DNA from: Dictyostelium discoideum
Lineage: Eukaryota
Reading direction: 5' to 3'
Length of the DNA: 64,000 bases
Assembly: GCA_000004695.1 (NCBI GenBank)
Contig: CM000154.2
Span: forward strand, 4,352,001-4,416,000
The translations under genes and the position numbers were made by a program. Below the pieces are notes generated by a model, which was given only the letters and a program-made list of their open reading frames with translations, made no database searches and was not told the DNA's origin. Shown here piece by piece: positions 1 to 12,263 of this stretch. Each line of letters starts with the position of its first letter. The first letter of the stretch is position 1.

Positions 1-1
1 T

Positions 2-619
2 GAATCTCAATTGGAAAGAATTAAAAATGAAGTCATATCACCAACATTAAAACAATCAACAATTAATTTCATCTTTAATAATTTTAATGATTTTAAAGAA
101 ATTATAATATCAATTTTTAATAATAATATTAATCATACTAATAATAATAGCAATATCAATAGTGAAGAAATTTTAAATAATATAAACAAACTAAAATATT
201 TTTGTAATGGTTTAATAGATTGTTCAATGGATGGATTATTACCATTATATAATTATTTAGAAACTAATAATAGAATAGAGATTGAAGATGATTATGTTTT
301 AGTTGAAATTTGTAAACGTGGTGATTTAAATGGTTTAGAACAAATTTTAATAAGAAATAATAAGTTAGTAATTAAAAGGGTATTAAGTTGTTCAATAGTG
401 TTTGGTCAATTGAAGATGTTTGAATATATAAATAGCTCTAAGCATAGTTGGATATTGTCTAATTTATCAAATACTACATCCCCAATTTCATTATATGATT
501 TTGACCAATTCATTGAATATGCAATCAAATATTGTCAATACCATTTTATTGATTATTTTAGAGACGTTTTAAAATTAAAATTAAAATCACTTTATAACAT
601 TAATAAATCATTTATTTAA
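2..619 (+). CDS. C-terminal fragment of a protein-coding gene that continues upstream of the window; Asn-rich protein of unknown function
   Basis: The frame is open from window position 2 (gaa tct caa ttg...) to the stop at 617-619. The ORF-track start at 11 is TTG, not ATG. There is no stop upstream in frame, so the gene is truncated by the window edge. Confidence 0.4.
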   Translation, partial: ESQLERIKNEVISPTLKQSTINFIFNNFNDFKEIIISIFNNNINHTNNNSNINSEEILNNINKLKYFCNGLIDCSMDGLLPLYNYLETNNRIEIEDDYVLVEICKRGDLNGLEQILIRNNKLVIKRVLSCSIVFGQLKMFEYINSSKHSWILSNLSNTTSPISLYDFDQFIEYAIKYCQYHFIDYFRDVLKLKLKSLYNINKSFI

Positions 620-726
620 ATTAATTTTAAAATTAAATAATTTTATTTACATCTTATTTTTTTTTTTTTATTTTTTTTTTATTTTTTTTTTTTTTATTTT
701 TTTTAAAAATATTAACTATAAACTAA

Positions 727-2400
727 TTAATTGAACTCTTCTTTAATAATTAAACCATTTGACCATTGTTGGAATGCCCATTGAGTTTTTTGAACACGGT
801 TACCACCATAAGTGAAATCCATAAACATTTCATATGCTGAATTTTCACCATCGACAATTGTTTTTAAAACTTTAGCTTCATGAATAGTTGCGTTACTGAC
901 AAAAGCTTCTTCAGCAGCACGGTTGGCAGCTTTACCAACACGATTGGTTGAATCACCTTTTTCAAACATAACAATTTCGTCATGATAGTATTTTTCAAAT
1001 ACTTCTAAAATCTTATTATCTTGAATACCTTTAATAACTGCTTCTAAATTTGCTCTAATATCATGTGTTTTGGTAGTTTCTTCGGTGGTGGTTTGTTCAG
1101 ATGCTACAACAACTGCTGCTGCTTCTTCAACTTTAGTTTCTTCAGTGGTGGCTGATGCTGATGCTGGTGCTGGACCTTTATTTTCATTGAATTCTTCTTT
1201 AATTACTAAACCATTTGACCATTGTTGGAATGCCCATTGAGTTTTTTGGACACGATGGCCACCATAAGTGAAATCCATAAACATTTCATAAGCGGTATTA
1301 TCACCATCAACAATTGTTTTTAAAACTTTAGCTTCATGAATAGTTGCATTATTAACAAATGATTCTTCGGCTTTTCTATTGGCTTCTTTACCAACACGAT
1401 TGGTTGAATCACCATTTTCAAACATAACGATTTCATCATGATAATATTTATCAAATACTTCTAAAATTCTACCTTCTTGAATACCTTTAATAATTGAATC
1501 TAAATTTGCTCTAATATCATGAGTAACTGGTGGAACAACAACTGCTGCTGCTTCTTCAACTTTAGTTTCTTCAGTGGCTGGTGTTGGAGTTGCAGCTGGA
1601 GCTGGACCTTTATTTTCGTTGAATTCTTCTTTAATAATTAAACCATTAGACCATTGTTGGAAACACCATTGAGTTTTTTGAACACGATGACCACCATAAG
1701 TGAAATCCATAAACATTTCATAAGCGGTATTATCACCATCAACGATAGTTTTTAAAACTTTAGCTTCATGAATAGTTGCATTACTAACAAAGGCTTCTTC
1801 GGCTTTTCTATTGGCCTCTTTACCAACACGATTGGTTGAATCACCATTTTCAAACATAACAATTTCATCATGATAGTATTTTTCAAATACTTCTAAAATC
1901 TTATTATCTTGAATACCTTTAATAACTGCTTCTAAATTTGCTCTAATATCATGTGTTTTGGTAGTTTCTTCGGTGGTGCTGGTGGTGGTGGCTGGTGCTG
2001 GAGTTGCAGCTGGAGCTGGACCTTTATTTTCATTGAATTCTTCTTTAATTACTAAACCATTTGACCATTGTTGGAAACACCATTGAGTTTTTTGGACACG
2101 ATGGCCACCATAAGTGAAATCCATAAACATTTCATAAGCGGTATTATCACCATCAACAATAGTTTTTAAAACTTTAGCTTCATGAATAGTTGCATTACTA
2201 ACAAAGGCTTCTTCGGCTTTTCTATTGGCTTCTTTACCAACACGATTGGTTGAGTCACCATTTTCAAACATAACGATTTCATCATGATAATATTTTTCGA
2301 ATACTTCTAAAATCTTATTATCTTGAATACCTTTGATGATTGCTTCTAAATTTGCTCTAATATCATGAGTAGTTGTTGTTGTTGGTGTACTAGTAGCAGT
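727..2400. repeat. Four tandem DNA repeats of about 462, 422, 422 and 368 bp that make up the coding repeats of the 727..2592 gene.
   Basis: The string gaattcttctttaattactaaaccatttgaccattgttggaa... recurs at about 1189, 1611 and 2033, with a variant at about 727. The units are nearly identical at nucleotide level, including synonymous positions. Confidence 0.85.
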
Positions 2401-2592
2401 GGTGGTGGTGTTATTTGTATTTGGTGATGTTTCAGTTGCAACAATTGTTGTTGTAGTTGCTTCAGTAGTTGGAACTGGAGTGGTTGTAGTTGGTTCTGTT
2501 GTTGGTGCTGCGACTGGTTCTGTTGATTTTTTATTATCTTTGGATTTTTTAGATTTACCTAAACCCAAAACTTTCTTAAATTTCTTGAACAT
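727..2592 (-). CDS. Single-exon gene for a 621-aa protein. It has a basic N-terminus (MFKKFKKVLGLGKSKK), Thr/Pro/Ala linkers and four tandem ~125-aa domains that look NTF2/SnoaL-like (THDIRANLEAIIKGIQDNKILEVFEKYYHDEIVMFENGDSTNRVGKEANRKAEEAFV...WSNGL[VI]IKEEF).
   Basis: Continuous minus-strand ORF running from Met to stop. Four protein repeats are visible by eye and are more than 90% identical. The fold assignment rests on the pattern of alternating hydrophobics and on the ...GDxxxxEMFMDFTYGG...W..G.W.I motif; I did not run an HMM. Confidence 0.7.
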   Translation of the reverse strand: MFKKFKKVLGLGKSKKSKDNKKSTEPVAAPTTEPTTTTPVPTTEATTTTIVATETSPNTNNTTTTATSTPTTTTTHDIRANLEAIIKGIQDNKILEVFEKYYHDEIVMFENGDSTNRVGKEANRKAEEAFVSNATIHEAKVLKTIVDGDNTAYEMFMDFTYGGHRVQKTQWCFQQWSNGLVIKEEFNENKGPAPAATPAPATTTSTTEETTKTHDIRANLEAVIKGIQDNKILEVFEKYYHDEIVMFENGDSTNRVGKEANRKAEEAFVSNATIHEAKVLKTIVDGDNTAYEMFMDFTYGGHRVQKTQWCFQQWSNGLIIKEEFNENKGPAPAATPTPATEETKVEEAAAVVVPPVTHDIRANLDSIIKGIQEGRILEVFDKYYHDEIVMFENGDSTNRVGKEANRKAEESFVNNATIHEAKVLKTIVDGDNTAYEMFMDFTYGGHRVQKTQWAFQQWSNGLVIKEEFNENKGPAPASASATTEETKVEEAAAVVVASEQTTTEETTKTHDIRANLEAVIKGIQDNKILEVFEKYYHDEIVMFEKGDSTNRVGKAANRAAEEAFVSNATIHEAKVLKTIVDGENSAYEMFMDFTYGGNRVQKTQWAFQQWSNGLIIKEEFN

Positions 2593-4001
2593 TTTTATTA
2601 TATTATATTATAACTTATTATTAAATTATTTAATTATTTAGATTATATATTTAAAATTAATTTATTTTTTTATTTATTTATTTAAAAAAAATTACTATGA
2701 AATTTTTTTTTTTAATTATTTTTTTTTTTTTTTTTAAAAAATTTTTTTTTTTTTTTATATGAAATTATTATTATTACAAAAAGTATTAATATATTTATTT
2801 AATTATTTATTTATTTATTTTTAATTTTATTCAAATAAAAAAAAAATTTTTGGTTCTAATTATAAATGAATGAAAAAAAATTTTTTATTTTTTTTTTTTT
2901 TTTTTATTTTTTTTTTAATTTATTTTTTTTTTTTTTTTTTTTTTTTTTTTCAGTTCCAGAATATTAAACCCGAATTGAAAAATAACGGTAACAAATGAGA
3001 AGGTTTTTTTTTTTTGGTATGAAAACGATTATTGTAAAATTATTTCGGGTTTTTTGTGATCAAAAGCAAAATTTTTAAATATATGGGGCCAAGGGAAAAA
3101 AAAAAAAAAAAAAAAAAAAAAAGGAAAATTTTGGTGCCAGTAAATTTTTTCCTAAAGTTAAATTTTTGGTGGCTTCTTTCCAAAAAATAAATAAAATTTT
3201 TCTTTTACTTAATAAATAAAAAAAAAAACTATGTAAAAGAATAAAAATAATGAAAATTATTGTTTTAAAAATTAAAGTTTAATTACTTTTTATTTGGGTT
3301 TTTTTTTTTTTTTTATGTTTAAAATAAAAAATGAATAATTTATAATAATTTTCTTTTTTAGGTTTTAAATAATTCATTTATTGTTTTATTGTGGTGGGTT
3401 GACATTTTTTTATTTTTTTAATCGAAAAACATTGGATATAACTTCACTTTTTTTACTTTTTTTTTTTTTTGATAATTTTTTGGTTTGGCAAATTATTAGA
3501 AAAATATAAAAATAAAAAGAAAATTCTAATGAAACTTTTACATAAATAAAAACCAATTGACATTAATCTTATTATTATTTTTTTTATTATTTTATTTTTC
3601 TTTTCAAAAGATATTTTTTTTTTCTTTTTTTAGGTTAATATCTAAAAGATTTAATCACCAAAAATAAAAATATAAAAAAAAAAAATAAAAATAAAATTAA
3701 AATTAAAAATAAATAAAAAATAAAAAAAATTAAAAAAAAAAAAAAAAAAAAAATTAAAAAAATTGAAAAAAATATTAAAAAGACTATAAAAAAAATATCC
3801 TGGGTACTTTTTCTTTACACAGTAAAATAAAAAGATTTTTTAAATAAAAACAATATCTCCTATAAAATTAAATTAATTTTTATTTTTTTTTTTATTTTTT
3901 TTTTTTTTTCAATTTTTTTCATGTGAATGTATACCCCAAAAACATTTGGGATTTTCAGAAAAAACAATTAACGATAACTCCTCATAAGTTTCATAAATTT
4001 T

Positions 4002-4053
<52 letters not shown>

Positions 4054-4437
4054 ATTAAACAAAAAAAATAAAATAGAACCTATTAGGTTGTATAAAAAAA
4101 GACAACACACAACCACAAACACACAAAAAACATCATTATAACATTACATATAAATATACGAAGCCACACTTTTTAAAAAAAGAGACTTTCTCCCCCTGTG
4201 TGTATGTATTTTTTTTTTTTTTTCATTGAATATTTTTTTTTATTTTTTTTTTTTTTTTATTCTTAAAAAACCAATCTTTTCTTTTTTAATACTAATACAA
4301 ATAAAATAAAATTATAATAATAGTAATAATAATAATACTTTATAATATTTATTTTTATTTTATTTTAAAATAGTTTATAAAAAAAAAAAAAAAAAAAATA
4401 AATAAAAAAAAAATAAATAAATTAAAATAAAAAAATA

Positions 4438-5592
4438 ATGATAACTATTTCAGAAGAATTAGAGAATTATTCTCTTTCAAAATTTTTTGAAAAATGTTAT
4501 TATTATTTATTTAAAAATTGGTCAACAACAACCACCACAACAACTGCAACTACAAAAACAAAATTAAATAAAAATAAAATTAGTAAAAAGAATGAAAAAA
4601 ATCATATTTCACATCAAACTCAATATATAAAAAATGACAATAATTCTTTAAATAATAGTAATAGTAACTGTTGTAATAGTAATAATAATGATAGTAATAA
4701 TAATATAAAATTAAAAAATGAAAAAGAAGAATTAATTAATAATAATAATAATGAAAAAAAAACAATTTATTCATTAGTTGGAATTGAAGAAGCACCAGAA
4801 CATTTAAAAAGAGAATTTATATTGAATGGATATAGGGTAGATTTTTCATATTTATTATGTTTTAAATCAGTGTTGATATTTGGACATAACGATTTCGCTA
4901 ATATACATAGTCATTTAATACCGGCATTGTTTTTTATGTATACATTGTGGGGAGTGTTGACAGGATCGAGTGGAGGTTATAACGATTATGCAACTTTTGA
5001 TAGCGGTGACAAGATAGTGTTCACCATATTCATTGGGGCAGCCATCACCACCTACATCCTGTCGTTCCTATATCATACGTTTGGGTGCCACTCATTATGT
5101 ACCTATTCGAAATTGTTGGTATGTGATTATTTGGGAATCATCCTATTGATAGGGTCTAGTTTTTTTCCACCACTTTATTATTCGTTCAAGGCGAATCATA
5201 TCGGGTTAATGATATTTTATATGGGTTCAATTACAATGTTGTGTTTGTTATTGGCAATCATGGTTTTAATACCATCGTTGGCCGATAAGAATACTCTAAG
5301 AAATACTTTATTCTGTTTAACGGCTTTGTTTGGTATTGTGCCTTCAATTCACACACTTTTCATTTACCCAGCCCAAGAGGTGTATTACTTTATATTCCGT
5401 TTGGTTTGTATGTTTTTAATTTATGGTGCTGGTTTATTAGTTTACATCTATAGAATTCCTGAAAGTTTAATACCTGGTTATTTCGATTCAATTGTAACAA
5501 GTCATTCAGTTTGGCATTTCTTTACTGCTTATGCTACTTTTTTTAGTTTAAATACTTATTTAGAATTATATAGTAAAATTTCAAATCTATAA
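4438..5592 (+). CDS. PAQR / hemolysin-III / AdipoR-like seven-transmembrane protein, 384 aa, with an Asn/Thr-rich N-terminal extension.
   Basis: Single ORF. PAQR signature motifs are present in the right order: NGYRVDF...HNDFANIHSHL (compare AdipoR HNETxNIWTHL), an S...H at the end of TM2 (LYHTFGCHS), and HxxxH in TM7 (TSHSVWHFFTAY). Seven hydrophobic segments can be read off the translation. Confidence 0.75.
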   Translation: MITISEELENYSLSKFFEKCYYYLFKNWSTTTTTTTATTKTKLNKNKISKKNEKNHISHQTQYIKNDNNSLNNSNSNCCNSNNNDSNNNIKLKNEKEELINNNNNEKKTIYSLVGIEEAPEHLKREFILNGYRVDFSYLLCFKSVLIFGHNDFANIHSHLIPALFFMYTLWGVLTGSSGGYNDYATFDSGDKIVFTIFIGAAITTYILSFLYHTFGCHSLCTYSKLLVCDYLGIILLIGSSFFPPLYYSFKANHIGLMIFYMGSITMLCLLLAIMVLIPSLADKNTLRNTLFCLTALFGIVPSIHTLFIYPAQEVYYFIFRLVCMFLIYGAGLLVYIYRIPESLIPGYFDSIVTSHSVWHFFTAYATFFSLNTYLELYSKISNL

Positions 5593-5684
5593 AATAAATA
5601 AATAAATATATAAAAATAAAAAATAAAAATAAATAAAAATAAATAAATAAATAAATAAATAATAATGTTCCTTATTTGGAAATA

Positions 5685-5724
<40 letters not shown>

Positions 5725-5774
5725 AAAACATAAAACTTTTTTTAAATATCTATAAAAGATTTAAGAAATTAATT

Positions 5775-5823
<49 letters not shown>

Positions 5824-6105
5824 AATTTACCATCTTAACTTCTTTTAATCAAAAAATAAAAAAAAACAACTTTTTTTTGGTAAATCTTGGAATTAGATAA
5901 ATAAAACAAATGTAGGGGGAACAAAAATCCTAAAATTTCAAAACTTAATTTTTTAAGAAGTATATATTTTTTTATTTATTTTAAATTGAATTTTTTTTTT
6001 TTTTTTTAGATTTTTTTTTTTTATTGACAATGACTTTATTTTTTTTTTTTTTTGTTTGCATTAAATTAATTTCCCACCACACACCCCGCACAATAAATTA
6101 TCACA

Positions 6106-8111
6106 ATGGATAATAATAATAATCCAAATAATAATAATCCAAATAATAATAATAATAATAATAATAATGATTATAATAAATGTCATTATCATCCGACTAA
6201 TGAAATAAATTTAATTTGTTTAGAAGCAGAGTGTAAATTAATGCCATGTTGTGTAGCTTGTATGTCAATTAGTGGGAAACATCATAGACATAGTTTTGAT
6301 TTAGTTAATAATTGTATTTCAAAAATTATTGATAATTTTAAAAAAATATATCCAAATATTTCAAAAAGAATTAATGATTATAAAGAATTATCAGAAAAAT
6401 CAAATTCGATTCATTCAAATTCTAAATTAGATTTTTATAAAAATATTGCTCTTAATGATAAAGTTTTTGCAAATTTAATTAATACTTTAAGTTCAATTCA
6501 AAGAAATATAAAAAATGAATTACAAACAAATCAAGATAAAAATTATGAACTAAATTCAAATGAATCTTTACTAATAACTAATAATAGTCAAATACTTTCA
6601 AATATTTTAAATAATGTCTCAATTGATCATTTGGATGATTCAATTAATAATGATAATAATGATAATATTAATTTAGTTAAATATTATCAACAATCTTTAG
6701 AAGTTTTAAATGATGAAATCATTGAAATTGATTATCAAAATTCTTTACTAACTTTCGATCTTCAACTAATTGAAGAATTAAAAGAAAATTTTAAAAAAAT
6801 TTATTCAATTAATCAATCAGATAATATTAATATTGAAGATGAAGAAGAAGAAGAGGATGAAAAATTTAAGATTGGAATTGATGAAAATGGCAATGGGTTT
6901 GTAAAGAGTATGTATGGTGTGTGTAATTTTAAAGAGAAGGGGGTGGATGATGATGATTATTAATATGAATTTTTTTTTATTTTTTATTATTTTAAAATTT
7001 AGATGAAAATAAAAAGTATTATATTTATTCAGAGAATAGTGAACAAGAAGATAAAGATTCAGTTGCATTTGGAGAAGATTGTGGTAATTTATTAAACATT
7101 AGATCAAATAGAGTATTGAAGAATGTAATGTTGTTAGATGGATTTAAAGAGAGTTTAGGAGTTGGTGTATTACCAGATAGTATTGAATATTTGGAGATAT
7201 GTGATATTAAAACACCTTTGGTGGTTGGATCAATACCATCAAGTGTAAGAACATTGGTATTAAATGATGGATTTAGTCAACCATTAGAACCTGGTATTAT
7301 ACCATCAAGTGTAAAAAGTTTAGATTTACATAATATTAAAAATCGATTAAATGTTGGTTCAATTCCAAGATCAGTTGAAAATTTGGTTTTAAATAATGGA
7401 TTTAATCAACCACTTTTAGTTGATGTAGTATCGTTAATATCAGATGGTGTAAAATTTTTAACATTACATAAAATTAAAAGCCAATTAAAGGTTGGCTCAA
7501 TTCCAAAAACAGTAAAGAAATTAAGTATTGGTGATGGATTTTCACAATATTTGGAAAGTGGAATTGTTCCAAATGGTGTAATTACATTATATATTAATAA
7601 TATTAAACAACAGTTACAAATTGGATCAATTCCAACTTCTGTAAAATTTGCAACTTTTGGTGAAGGATTTAGTCAATTGCTTTCACCTGGCATTATTCCA
7701 AAGGGTGTAATGATGTTGTTTTTCTATAACATTAAATGTCCATTGGTTATTGGTTCAATTCCAATTTCAGTTACATGGCTAACTTTTTATAATGGTTTCA
7801 ATCACTCAATATCACCTGGTATAATCAGTAAAGGTGTGGAAAGATTATTATTACATGATATTAAACAACCATTAGAAATGGGTTCAATACCAACAACAGT
7901 AACTCACATCGTACTTGAAGATGGATTCAAACAAGCACTAACACCAGGAATCATTCCAAATTCAATAAAAGAATTAACTTTAAAAAATGTAAATCTTCAA
8001 TTAGTTGAAGGTTCAATACCAAGACAAATTCCAAGAATTATTTTAAATAATTTTAATGAATCATTAGAAAATTGTAATTTAGATCAATCCGTAGAAATAA
8101 AAATAGAGTAG
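6106..8111 (+). CDS. Copy 1 of the B-box-like zinc finger / coiled-coil / FNIP-repeat gene. Two exons: 6106..6907 and 7003..8111. An alternative acceptor would start exon 2 at 7033.
   Basis: Exon 1 encodes [37 protein letters not shown] followed by a heptad-rich region. The donor is a|GTATGT at 6908, in phase 1. The acceptor is TTTAG at 7001-7002. Exon 2 encodes 13 or more FNIP repeats (GSIP..V..L.L.DGF[SN]Q.L.PGIIP). The frame is open across the splice. Confidence 0.65.
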
Positions 8112-8113
8112 GG

Positions 8114-8163
<50 letters not shown>

Positions 8164-8378
8164 GATTTAATAAAAATTAAATTTTAAAAAAAAAAAAAAA
8201 AAAAATTCCTTTTTAAAAATAAAATAAATAAAATTATTAAATCGATGTGCAATTTTTTTTTTTTTTTTTTTTTTTAAAATTTTAAGTTTATTAAATCATG
8301 ATTGTTTTTTTTTTTAACCACCCACACCACAAACCATCAACAAAAACACTATTTCCATTTTTTTTTTTTTTTAATTTT

Positions 8379-8420
<42 letters not shown>

Positions 8421-8446
8421 AATCAATAACAAATAATATATTAAAA

Positions 8447-9181
8447 ATGAATAAAGATAATAACAATAACAAATGTTCATTTCATCCAAATAAAAATTTA
8501 GAACTTTTATGTTTTAATTGTAAATTTATTCCATGTTGTATGCACTGTATTTCTCAACATGGTGAACACCATGGTCATAAAACAAATTGTATAGATTCAA
8601 TTGAAACATCAAATATTCTCAAAATGATGAATTTATTTAAAAATGATATTATTCCAAAATTAAAAGAAATAGTTGAAAATGATAAACAAATAATCAATAA
8701 ATCTGAAAATATTTATAATGAAATTAATCAACAATATGAAAATAATAAAATTTTAGTAACAAACGAATTTAAAAAGTTTCATACATTAATTCAAATTAAT
8801 CAATTAGATATTGAAAATCAATTAAGAACAACATTTGATGAAAATACAATAATATATACTATTATTAATTCATCAATCAATAATAATAATAATTATAATA
8901 TTAATGATGATAATAATTATGGTATTAATATAGAATCAATAGGTAATAAATTAGATAATCTCAATGATACTCACTTACAATATTGTAATGAAAATCAAAT
9001 TTATAACTGGCTTGAGAATCAAGATATTTATCAATTATTTAAAAAATATCAACAATCAACCTTAATAGTTAATAATAAAAATAATATTGAAAATTTAAAT
9101 AAATTAAAAGAATATAATAATCAATCAATAGTATTTAAAATAATGAATGAAATTAAAAATAATTTAAAATTAATTTATTAA
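8447..9181 (+). pseudogene. Truncated 5' part of a B-box/FNIP paralog (copy 2a). It has the B-box and coiled coil only and ends prematurely after ...EYNNQSIVF.
   Basis: It is homologous to exon 1 of copies 4-6 ([51 protein letters not shown]...). It diverges and stops where intact copies continue for about 60 more codons. There is no intron and no FNIP exon. Transposon-like insert DNA follows. Confidence 0.6.
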
Positions 9182-9339
9182 ATTTTATGAAAAAATGAAA
9201 AGTTGGTGTAAATATTTTTATTTTTTTATTTTTTTATTTTTTTATTTTTTTATTTTTTTTTTTTTTTTATCCAGATTTTAATTTTTTATTTTTTATTCAT
9301 CCCTTTTTTATTATATTTTAGTTATTTTATTTAACAACA

Positions 9340-10200
9340 AACACTGTTCTTTTTCTTTTATTTCTTTAAGTTTATCTTTGTCTAATTCAATGCCAAAACC
9401 ATCATTATATGTTTCTTGAAGATCAGCTAACATACAGAGTATTGACGATTTTGTTTAAATGATCCAAATTTCCTCGGTATGTTGGAGTTATTTTAAAATG
9501 ATTAATTTTTAAAAAAAAAGTTTTCCACATACACACTATTGGAGCTTACAAAATTAGGTAAAGATATATCTAGAAAAAAAAATAATAAAATAATAAAAAA
9601 TAAAAAATACCAATAATATAATTATTTTAATAATAATAAAAAAAAAAAAAAATAAAAAAAATAAAAATAAAATAAAATTAATAACAAAGTATTAAAAGTA
9701 AGAGATTTGGTTATTTAAATAATTACCCAATATTGGAAAGCTATCATGTTTACGAATAATTTTACCATTATTATAGTATTGTGGCTCTATTTTGGTATTT
9801 TCTAGTATATATTTGATCATGAACGGAACCTGGGAATCCCTCAGGATGTAGTAACAATAATCTGTATGATCTAGTGCATACCTCACAATGAAATTTGACC
9901 ACATGACTTTACTTTTACCAGAATAATAATTTTTTTTTGGATTTGATGAGTGGGAGTTTCAATATCAATAGAGGTAGATTCAGCAGCAATCGCACGATAA
10001 AGCACATTAGATATAGGATGTTTTAAAAAGCCAACTGATTCAACAAGTTTATCTCTTTTCCATTATTTCCTTGCATACAACTCAAAGTGAATGGTTGACT
10101 ATAGTGATTTTGAAATGTTTTTGGACTAATACCAAAAGTAACACATATCTCATAAATTGGAAGATATTGTTTCCAATATAAGAGAGTCTAACACAAAAAA
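9340..10200 (-). mobile_element. Degenerate Tc1/mariner-like (DDT-type) DNA-transposon fragment. It is a transposase pseudogene with stops and frameshifts.
   Basis: Minus-strand conceptual translation gives a helix-turn-helix-like segment (WKQYLPIYEICVTFGISPKTFQNHYSQ) followed by KSKVMWSNFIVRYALDHTDYCYYILRDSQVP..GKIIRKHDSFPILGNY. This resembles the Tc1 HTH and the start of the DDE domain (..WSDESKF..). A+T is lower than in the flanks, and the reading frame is broken by several stops. Confidence 0.35.
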
Positions 10201-11091
10201 AAAAAAAAAAATAAATAATGTTATTAATTAATTCATTTTATTTTTTACATTTTTTATTTTTTTTTTCTGTTTATAATTTTTTTTTTTTTTTACTTTGTTT
10301 AATTTAGGACTTGGTGTAATTTTACAAAATTATTTAATTTAATTTAATTTAATTTAATTTAATTTAATTTAATTTTTTTTCATTTTTTTTGTAAAAAAAT
10401 AAAAATTTTCACACCAACTTTTCATTTTTACATAAAATTTTTTTTATTTTTTTTTTTATTTTTTTTATTTCTATTTCGAAAAATTATTAAGATGGTTAAA
10501 AAAATAAGAGTTATTATACCCTTTATGTTGGAAAAGGCTTATGAAGATATAAATAATAATGATTATATAAATAAAAAAAATATTTACGGGATTTGGGTAT
10601 ATAAAACAAATAATACAAAAAAAATGTATATTGAAACAAAATCAGAACAAGGTTCACTTCCTCTTCTAGTTCATTTACAAAATGAACATTTATCGTCTAG
10701 AAAAGTCGAGTTATGGCTTGTTGAAAATAAAATTTATATACCAAAGTTAAGAGAAAAATATTTATATTTTTTAAAATGCAAAAAATGGTAAGATAAATTT
10801 ATTTATTTATTAAAATAATAATATATTAATATTTGTTATAATAAGTCAAAAAAGAAAAGATAAAAGAAATAAAAAAAAAAACCAAATTAAAGAAAAAGAA
10901 ATTTACATTAAAGTTGAAGATAATAAAGAAATTAGCGAAAACGAACGTGATTTAATTGAAGAAAATAAAAAAGAAGTTAGCGAAAATGAATGTGATTTAA
11001 TTGAAGAGGATGATGATGAAATATTATGTGAAGATGATGAAATACCATGTGGACAACCAATCTCATCGGAAGAAGATGAGCCAACTCGTTA

Positions 11092-11550
11092 TACTTTAAC
11101 ATTGATTTCAAAAACGATCAAATTGAAAGAAATAAAAATGACAATGGTACAAATAAAAAAGAAAAATTAAAAATTGAAATTGATGAAAATAAATTTAAAT
11201 TTATAATGAGTAAGTGTAAATAAAAATTTAATAATTATTATTATTTTATATTAATATTATAATATATGTGTATATATTTATATATATATATATTATAAAT
11301 AGATGATAATAAAAAATATTATATATATTCAAAGAATAGTAAATTTTCAGATTATCAAGATAAAGATTCAATTGCATTTGGAGAAGATTGTGGTAGTTTA
11401 TTAAAATTTAAATTAAAAACAAATATAAAGAGGGTTATGTTATTAGATGGATTTAAAGAAAGTTTAGAACCAGGTGTATTACCAAATGGTATTGTACATT
11501 TAGAAATGAACTGGTATAAAAAAAGTTTTTGAGGGAAAAAAAAAAAGGAG

Positions 11551-11581
<31 letters not shown>

Positions 11582-12232
11582 AAAAAAAAAAAAATAAATT
11601 AATCCACATTTTTAGTAATTTTATAAAGAGTAAAAAAAAAATTTAATTTTCCTTTTTTTTAAAAAATAAATCCACTACTTTTGTGTGTAAACAAACTAAA
11701 ATGGCTTCTTAAGAATTTATTTTTTCCCCTTTTTAGTTTTTTTTTTATACCTGAATCTGGAAAATTAAAAATTCATAATTTTGAAATTATTATAAAATAA
11801 TGTTTAAAAAAAAGGGGTAATGGTGAAAAAATTAATAAAAAAATTACGATTAAAAAAATTATTTTAAATGATTTTCCAGAAGAATCATTAAAAGTTTGTA
11901 AACTAAATAAATCTATAGAGATAAAAATTTTTAAATAAAATAAAACAAAAAACTATTATATAAACAAAAAAATAGAAATAAATAAATTAATTTTCATTTG
12001 TAAAATTGGATTTAGTCTTGATTGGTTTAAAAATTTGATAATATTATACCATATGTTTTGTCATTGGAATTTTTTTAAAAGAATAAGTTTGATAAGAAGA
12101 AAATATATGTTAGGTTTTCTTTGAAGGTAATTAATGATCATCAAACCTTTCATTTTCAGTATTGATGAAGTGAAATTAGGAATTGGATACATTTTATAGT
12201 TTTTTTTTTTTTTAATTTCATATGAATTTTAC

Positions 12233-12263
<31 letters not shown>

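Noticed and set aside
2399-2641. An 80-aa plus-strand ORF (MVVVLFVFGDVSVATIVVVV...).
   Set aside because: It is antisense to the Thr/Pro linker of the 727..2592 gene and has low-complexity composition, so it is a frame artefact.
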